Shown here: one piece after another, positions 55,850 to 64,000 of the stretch
Layout of the letters: each line of letters begins with the position of its first letter
Numbering within the stretch: position 1 is the first letter of the stretch
From: Octopus vulgaris
Taxonomy: Eukaryota
Length of the DNA: 64,000 nucleotides
Direction of reading: 5' to 3'
NCBI GenBank assembly: GCA_951406725.2
Contig: OX597814.1
Coordinates: 28,644,001-28,708,000 of the forward strand
The notes under the pieces: generated by a model
Told to the model about the DNA's origin: nothing
Databases searched by the model: none
What the model saw: only the letters and a program-made list of their open reading frames with translations
Translations under genes and position numbers: made by a program

Positions 55850-56076
55850 CGGCGAGCTGGCAGAACCGTTAGCGTGCCGGGCAAAATGCCTTGCGGTATT
55901 TCGTCTGCCGCTACGTTGTGAGTTCAAATTCCGCCGAGGTCGACTTTGCCTTTCATCCTTTCGGGGTCGATAAATTAAGTACCAGTTACGCATTGGGGTC
56001 GATGTAATTGACTTAATCCGTTTGTCTGTCCTTGTTTGTTCCCTCTATGTTTAGCCCTTGTGGGTAGTAAAGAAAT
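55850..56076 (+). mobile_element. SINE family 3 monomer
   Basis: tRNA-like head with B box GAGTTCAAATTCC; central GCCTTTCATCCTTTCGGGGTCGATAAA, which from memory resembles the Meta-type SINE domain; 15-bp flanking repeat AGGTATTTCTAGAGG (55835-55849 / 56077-56091). Confidence 0.88.
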
Positions 56077-58310
56077 AGGTATTTCTAGAGGGTCGAATGT
56101 CCTGAGAAGGAAGGACTTGGAATAATGATTAGTGCGGAGTACGAGGGAGAAGTGGACATAAGAAGGGTGACGGGAGGAGGAATGCTTACGTGGAGATGGT
56201 ACGAGTTCAACCAGCTCAGAGGAGCTGAGGTCATTATAGTAGCGGTTGAAAGTGAAAGAGACTATGTAAAAGTGATACTGATGTTGATGATGATGACGAT
56301 GGTGATGACGACGACAATGATGATAACGACGACGATGAGGATGACGACGGCGGTGGTGGTGGCGGAGGTGGTGGTGGTGATGGTGGTGAAGGCAGTGGTG
56401 GTCATGGGCTTTGTAATGATAATGATGTTGACGGTGTTGATGTATATAATGCGTATTTTTGATGGGGCAACAAAGTGAAGCGAGCAGAGGTAGCAGAATA
56501 AAGAATATCGACCCTAGGAGATTACTGGTTTATATTGTGTTATGCTACTTACTTCTGGACAGAGTACAGGGTCATAGGTTGGTTGTTTCGATTCCCGGAC
56601 CGGGTGATGTGTTGTGTTCTAAGCCAAACACTTCATTTCACGTCGCTCCAGTCATTTGGAGTTTCAAATTAGTTCCCGTAATAACTAGGAACTTAACCCT
56701 GCGACATACCGGCGTCCGATTTAGGGTTGGGGGTGTATTGAAATCTCAGTCCCTTATAAATGATGGTAAAAAGGGTTAATCTCCGGCTTTATAAGTCCCC
56801 GGGTTCATAACAGACCTACTTCTGGTTGGGAACCAGTAGCTACCTAGATGAAAAATACAGTTGCAGTACTTTGTGATGAGGATCAAGTAGAAGAAGAGCC
56901 ATCAAGATCGATGTAAAGGTTGCTGAGAAAAAGGAGATCGGTTGGGGTCGGTATGATGTTGCGTGAACAGGAAGGGGGTGTATGTTGTAAAACACCCCGA
57001 AACAGCTGGTGAGTCCAAGGTACAAACAACATTGGCGATGTGTCCAAACATTGCCTTGCATTTTGCAGATGTATATTGAACTTACTATATAAATGCTAAC
57101 ATACATACATACATACATACATACATAAACAAGCACGTACTCATGTGTTTATACACAAATATATGAATGTACATACGTACATACACCCGTACTTGCATCC
57201 TAAACAATTCGCGCACGCGTATACGCTCGACACTGACGCACGCGTATTCGCACGAACTCACACACACACACGTACACAATCATGCACATATACACACACA
57301 CACACACACACATACTTGTATCCTAAACACATTCGCGCGCGAGTAAACAGTAGGGCACTAACGCACGCGTATTTGCATACACGCACGCACACACATACAT
57401 AGACTCACTCACACATACACACACACTCATAGAACCAAATAACACACTCGCATCCATGCACTTATACATCAGGTTTACACACACACATGCATACGCACAC
57501 ATACACACACACACACACACATCGGCTTTTTCTGTCGAAGTCCCTTCCAGGCAGACACCAAGGAGCCACGAGGTTCCTTCCTTCATACAGTATTTGGTGT
57601 CGCTGAAATGCCGATCTCACTTCTAACAATAAATAGTATGTGATCCGCATTGACCAAATAAATTAGCAGCCCAATTTCTATTAATCATCTTGAACTTCCT
57701 ATATTCTTCCATTCGGTAATCTGAACCTGAACGAGCCAGGTCTCTGTAAGAAACTTTAAGTCACATGGAGCCGAATCAAATTGCTTTAAATAATAACAAC
57801 AACAAAAACATGTCTGTGTGTGTTAGTGATGTGTGTGTATATGTATGCATAAGTGTACATGTGCGTTCGTGTTTATCCCTCACGACTTGGCAATCGTCGT
57901 TGTTTTTTTGTTGTTTTTTTTGTTTTTGCTGTCACTTTAAATAGCAGTTCGACAAAAAGACACCGACAGAATAAGTACCAAACTTAAAATAGTACAGATA
58001 ATTCAGTAATCCGGTCTTAGCATGAAAGAGATCCGCTGTTTTGGGTACCTCAGAATTCCAACTGTATCCTTAAGTGTCCGAAATTGTCCAACGATGAGTG
58101 ACAACAAAAGTGGGGTGAAGGTTATAATAGAAGCAGATGAATGAATTAACTGCTATTGCTGGATGTGTGTGTGTGTGTGTGTGTGTAGTTGTGCTTGTGT
58201 GTGTGTGTGTGTAGTTGTGCTTGTGTGTGTGTGTGTGTGTATGACGACTAAACGAATGGACTTATTATTCTTGCATATCATTGCTCTAAATGTTCATCAA
58301 TTTTCTATTT

Positions 58311-58695
58311 GTGGAAGCACTCCGTCGGTTACGACGACGAGGGTTCCGGTTGATCCGATCAACGGAACAGCCTGCTCGTGAAATTAACGTGTAAGTGGCT
58401 GAGCACTCCACAGACACGTGTACCCTTAACGCAGTTCTCGGGGATATTCAGCGTGACACAGAGAGTGACAAGGCCGGCCCTTTGAAATACAGGTACAACA
58501 GAAACAGGAAGTAAGAGTGAGAGAAAGTTGTGGTGAAAGAGTACAGCAGGGATCACCACCATCCCCTGCCGGAGCCTCGTGGAGCTTTTAGGTGTTTTCG
58601 CTCAATAAACACTCACAACGCCCGGTCTGGGAATCGAAACCGCGATCCTACGACCGCGAATCCGCTGCCCTAACCACTGGGCCATTGCGCCTCCA
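58311..58695 (-). mobile_element. tRNA-Arg-like SINE (family 2), full length, young
   Basis: 13-bp TSD CAATTTTCTATTT (58298-58310 / 58696-58708). Confidence 0.94.
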
Positions 58696-58787
58696 CAATT
58701 TTCTATTTATTGAGCCTTTTGCTAAGCTTCATTACGTTAAATACATGTAGAATTTTATATTTGCGAGACATCTCTCTTTTTCCCTCT

Positions 58788-58861
<74 letters not shown>

Positions 58862-60094
58862 TACACACTCACATACACTCACAAATAACGTGTGAAAACG
58901 GAAATACCTCAGTAGCGCGGAATAAATCAACGAATTCGATTTAAAAGAAATAAAAAAGAATTTAGTATTGTTCTCTCATTTGCTCATCCAAACACGCGCG
59001 CGCGCGCACATGTGCTCGCTCTCACACGGATTGTCGAAATCTGTTGTCGCTGGGTTGTTTATTTGGAGTCGATTTCTCTGTGCTTGTCCTACCGATTGCC
59101 ATTGAATTCATGGGAAGTTTAGGTTTTTCGTCTCTTAGTAAGAATGGGACAGAACCAGGAAAATATCATTCCTCCTTATTACATTTTCACTCATATCATT
59201 TGCAACGGATATTGGCTTTGCATGCGATTTCCATTGAGTAACATGTCACTAACAAAGCACAACGAGGCAGAAATGTGCATCTAGCATTTTCATCACTGCT
59301 GGACGATTTACGTCTGCTACTGATATATATTAGGCTTTTTAAACAAAGCACGTCCTTAAGAAATATTATTTCTGGACGAATTACGCAGATGATTTGCCTT
59401 TCGGGATGTATCTGCATTGAGTATGATATACGGATGGCTATTTTAACCTAGTACTGTTTCTGTAGCATCTAACAGATTTTTACATTGTCTAATGCTGTTC
59501 TGTCATTATCATGAGTTATGGTGAAAATAATTTTACAAGGACAATACATATGCTATAAAACAAAATTAGATTGCGTAGGAACAAGTGTTATTCCAGTCAT
59601 GACCATCCTGTTTTTTACTTTTTATTTTTGTATTTCATGGATCACATTATCTAGTGTTTCTTTCGATAGGTTGAGACTTGAGGGAGATTTGGTTGTTATT
59701 TATACCAGATCAAGCGACAGTTTCTTCGTCGGTTAGTTTATAAGGATAATGATTCAGTCCCCCCACCACCAATTACTTAATAAATGTACTTACAATTTTT
59801 TTATATACCCAGGCAAATTCCTTATTTTTTTTAGGAGGGGTAGCCACAACAAGACACACGAGGCATTCCATTCATTTTCCAGCTCAAAGAGGCAAGCCTC
59901 GTTCTATGATGCTCGGATCAAGGCATAGAACGCAACCCCCATTATCAGCAGCAGGGCCCGACAGCATATGCTGGCTTATCCCCACCGCACCATGCTGGTT
60001 TCGTACCCCTTTGAGCAACATCAAATACACTCATCCGTCCACAAACACTCTCCGAGCTTTCTTATCCTTTATAAACTCTCCTACTTATAAAATA

Positions 60095-60490
60095 CTAGCA
60101 GTATCGGCCGGCGTTCCTCGGGTTTGTAAGGGAAATAACTATTTAAGCATTTTTAGAGAGTTATAGCCAAAAAATAGCAAAAAAATACATTAAAAATGGA
60201 AAAAAAATGATGGTAAATTTTTTTTTAAATTGTTGACTTATCGTAGACATTTTTAGAGAGTTACTTCCCTTATATAATAGCGAAAAATGCATTAAAATGG
60301 AAAAAATGATGGTAAATTTTTTTTTAAATCGTAGACTCATCGTAGACGCGCGCTAATACCCAGAAGGGCTCGATATGAATCGCGACTATAAGATACCCGG
60401 TTTTGGTTAAACTGCACCGCAAAATGTGGGAGTAGTTAGGAATCTAAATCGTAGGAGACAGACACACAACTTCACTTTTATATATAAAGA
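60095..60490 (-). mobile_element. Non-autonomous Helitron
   Basis: Same family and termini as 46785-47167. Confidence 0.88.
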
Positions 60491-61303
60491 TATTGTACCA
60501 AAAATTTAGAAACAGATAATTCGTTTCGTATTTTCGTCGATAAAATTCCTCAGATTCAAAACTCATTCTTGTAGAGATAAGAAACTTGGTTCCAATAAAC
60601 TTATTACTAAACTATCTTTAACGCTCCTATTTTGTTCTTAAAGCTAATTTGATCATTAGCAAAACTTTATGATTTTCGCAACGACTCTATAGAAAACGCA
60701 GATGTTCTCTGTTTGAAGAGTCCTTTACTTATTTAGAAAGCACAGTCACTATGGGTTAGGTTTCAAGTACAGCATAATCTGGTATACAAAAGTTCAAACT
60801 GATCACACACGAAAAGTGGATCATAATATTGATAGACAACAAAAGAAATCGTCGACCGCTCACATCACCGACTGTTATTATTCCTCTTTTCCCTTCATCA
60901 AACTCATTTGTCCACCTTAATCATAAAGCATTGCCAAGCAACAGCTATCAATAATCACCAGTCGCTGTTAATCCTTAATCGACACCTTCACCGCCCAACG
61001 ATACCTAGAGAACATTCTCGACCGACATACATCCGAAAGATGTAAACTAATGTTGGATGCGGTTTATACAATTGTAACATTTATTATTTCCGTGAATATA
61101 ACACGATCAGCCGATGTTTTCCTTGACATTTCAACTGACCGGAGTACTACGCATAATTACAAATCTCCCAGCAGCCAACCAATCGTAATATAACAGTTGT
61201 TTTGACGACTGGTGGGATGAAGAGTATTCGTTTATAATTTCAAGTTCTGCAGTTGTCGGCCGTCGATGCCCTGCAAACTGAAATCAACAATACTTTTTGT
61301 TGT

Positions 61304-61621
61304 TATATTTGCGATCTTTTAAATCGGGAGACAATGGAGTTGCGCATGAAGTAGTCTAGTCCGGCTTTTATATTTCATGTCCTGATACATTTCCTGCTGT
61401 GGCTGTGTGTCCAGGATAGGACTACACAGCCACAGCAGGAAATGTATCAGGACATGAAATATAAAAGCCGGACTAGACTACTTCATGCGCAACACAGCCA
61501 CAGCAGGAAATGTATCAGGACATGAAATATAAAAGCCGGACTAGACTACTTCATGCGCAACTCCATTGTCTCCCGAGACAGAAAGGAGACCAATAGCAAT
61601 ATATTTGCGATCTTTTAAATC
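61304..61621. other. Complex inverted and tandem duplication flanked by 22-bp direct repeats
   Basis: TATATTTGCGATCTTTTAAATC at 61304-61325 and 61600-61621; segment A 61324-61408, partial A' 61424-61493, full A' 61492-61576. Confidence 0.88.
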
Positions 61622-61754
61622 AATCGTAAGATATCTTTAAAAATTCTATACCTGGATACCGTTATTCTTTGTTTTCAATTTACTACTCATTAGAATAAAA
61701 AGCAATGAATGGATCGTAGAATTAGTAAATTGAAAGCTTTTATTAGAACTTGAA

Positions 61755-62105
61755 GGAGTGGCAGTTTGGTAATAAGTTTGCTTCCCAACCACATGGCTTC
61801 GGGTTCAGTTCTACTGCGTGGCACCATAAGCACGTGTCTTTTAATATAGCCTTGGGCCGACTAAATCCTTGTTAGTGGATTTGATAGACGGAAACCGAAA
61901 GAAACATTTAGCTCCTATACGCATTTTTTTCTCTCCTTGTTTCTCTCCTTGTTTTTTTTCCTGTGTATCTTTCTGTCGAAGAGCGTAGGCTAGAAACGTA
62001 AGACTTGTTCTATTTCTATTCCTGAGCGCCATACTAATACATTTGTTTGTTTGTACTCCACCTGCCTTCGCCCTTTGTTTATTTTCGTAAACCTTCCCGT
62101 TATAA

Positions 62106-62159
<54 letters not shown>

Positions 62160-62360
62160 ACGACGGGTTTGATTTTGTCCTCCACCACCCATGACGACCG
62201 GTGTTAGTGTGTTTACGTCTTCATAAATTAACGGTTCAGCAAAATACACCAATAAAATAAGTACAGTCCAAAAATGAAATAAGTACTGAGGTTGATTCAT
62301 TCAACTAAAAATTTTACAAGGCGGTGCCCCAGCATGGCCACAAGTAAAAGATAAAAAGGT
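61755..62360 (+). mobile_element. Degenerate CORE-type SINE containing the hammerhead mini element (61910-62102)
   Basis: SINE head 61755-61905; mini element with TCTTT-CTGTCGA-A-GAGC(GTAG)GCTA-GAAA-CG-TA-AGA; SINE 3' half after the TA run. Confidence 0.75.
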
Positions 62361-62469
62361 AAGGTAAAAAGGCATGCTGGCTGTAATCAAAATGTAACAA
62401 CGTTATGTACCATAAAATGATATTGTGATTCAGTGTGGAACTTCCGATATGTATATGTGTGTATGTATA

Positions 62470-62618
62470 TGGTTCCGGGTTCAGTCCCACTGCGTGGCAC
62501 CTTGGGCAAGTTGTCTTCTACTATAGCCTCGGGCCGACCAAAGCCTTGTGAGTGGATTTGGTCGATGGAAACTGAAAGAAGCAAGCCCGTCGTATATATA
62601 TATATACGTATGTGTATG

Positions 62619-62706
<88 letters not shown>

Positions 62707-62905
62707 TGTGTCTGTGTTTGTTCCCCCAACATCGCTTGACAACCGATGCTGGTGTGTCTACGTAACTTGGCGGTTCGGCAAAAGAGACCGATAGAATAAG
62801 TACTAAGGGTTAGAGTCCTGGGGTCGAGTTGCTCGACTAAAGGTGGTGCTCCAGCATGACCACAGTAAAATGATTGAAACAAATAAAAGAGAGTAAAAGA
62901 GTAGA
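62470..62905 (+). mobile_element. CORE-type SINE, 5'-truncated
   Basis: Matches the consensus from GGTTCCGGGTTCAGTCCC to the GAGTA tail. Confidence 0.9.
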
Positions 62906-63137
62906 GAAAGTGTATGTGTGGGTGTATGTGTGTGTATGTATGTATATATGTATAGCAAAATAGGGAGCTTGAAAAGTTTTTAGTATTATATTTTCGCCAT
63001 TACACATGTTTCATTTGCTAATAGGAATCACAAAGTTGTACATGTTGGATAAAGATTTCCTATTAGAGATCCTTCAGACAGAGAATCAAATAATAGAAGA
63101 GGACTCAGCTTGGATTTTACCCTACCGACATTATACC

Positions 63138-63202
<65 letters not shown>

Positions 63203-63405
63203 GACACACACACACACATATATATATTTTTTCCGATGGCTAGATAACTGAAAAGATGGCGGCGTGGACTTCCACCTCGGCATCCGAAACTCGAAGTTTT
63301 ATCATGGATACCGAATAATTATCACATATTACATTTACAGATAAATTCCTCTATTTACATAATATCGAGGTCTCTTCCTTTCTTTTGTTGTCTTACCATT
63401 TTTAT

Positions 63406-63465
<60 letters not shown>

Positions 63466-63571
63466 TGACATATTATGCCTAAAAGTTGATGAACCACTTA
63501 TTAATCCCCTCCATTTTCTTATTGCTCTCTCTCTCCCCCCCATCTCTCTCTCTCTATATATATATATATAT

Positions 63572-63660
<89 letters not shown>

Positions 63661-63813
63661 TATATATATATTGTGTGTGTGTGTATCTATGAACTTACTT
63701 GTTAATACAGATTTGGTGTGTGTTGCGTTCCATTACTTAATAAATGAAAAAAAAATATGGCAAATAAACGAACTACATAATGTATACTGAGTATACTGAA
63801 TGTAAAAACGTAC

Positions 63814-63936
63814 GGGAGACAAACTGAAGGTCCGTAATTCTTCATCAGTTATCGACCAATTGGTAATATTCAGTTTCGCACCTTTAACGATAAGACTGAG
63901 CGCTTCCCGATTGGCGATGCCCGCAGAAAGAGTTTT
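63814..63936 (-). CDS. Possible isolated internal exon (123 nt, phase 0-0), product unknown
   Basis: Pyrimidine-rich tract then GAAG|, 41 open codons KTLSAGIANREALSLIVKGAKLNITNWSITDEELRTFSLSP, |GTACGT donor; no recognised homology. Confidence 0.3.
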
Positions 63937-64000
63937 CTTCGGGAGAATTAGGGACGTGAGCAGACAAAACAAAACAAAATAAACATAAAGACTCTGAGTG

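Noticed and set aside
59040-59420. Coding exon in a unique region with several 50-70 aa frames
   Set aside because: The frames close quickly after plausible acceptors and show no recognisable homology; it could be UTR or non-coding.

Overview
Repeat-dense, AT-rich eukaryotic DNA, most likely an octopus intron or intergenic region. The organism is inferred from recognisable octopus-type tRNA-derived SINE families; no database search was run. No host protein-coding gene can be called with confidence; there are only two weak minus-strand exon candidates. Most long ORFs in the supplied track are microsatellite artefacts. Mobile elements seen: (i) about 25-30 copies or fragments of a CORE-type tRNA SINE, several copies of a tRNA-Arg-like SINE with an RTE-like tail, and a third SINE family including a 5-unit tandem array; (ii) five R4/Dong-clade (RLE endonuclease) retrotransposon fragments, four of them clustered in (TAA)n tracts; (iii) Penelope-like RT and GIY-YIG remnants, plus many short terminal fragments in (TA)n tracts, several carrying minimal type-I hammerhead ribozyme motifs (one canonical, four with a non-canonical core position 6); (iv) RTE LINE 3' ends, four DD37D (maT) and three mariner remnants, three non-autonomous Helitrons, a Helentron/HINE-like element with telomeric repeats, and MITEs. 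There are also many perfect or near-perfect fold-back palindromes and a 1.6 kb tandem duplication. The most interesting signal is a candidate (TA)n-targeted mini-element family carrying variant hammerhead cores (CUGUUGA/CUGUCGA/CUGCCGA), two copies of which sit at the same internal position of CORE-SINEs. Most element boundaries are approximate (about +/-10 bp).
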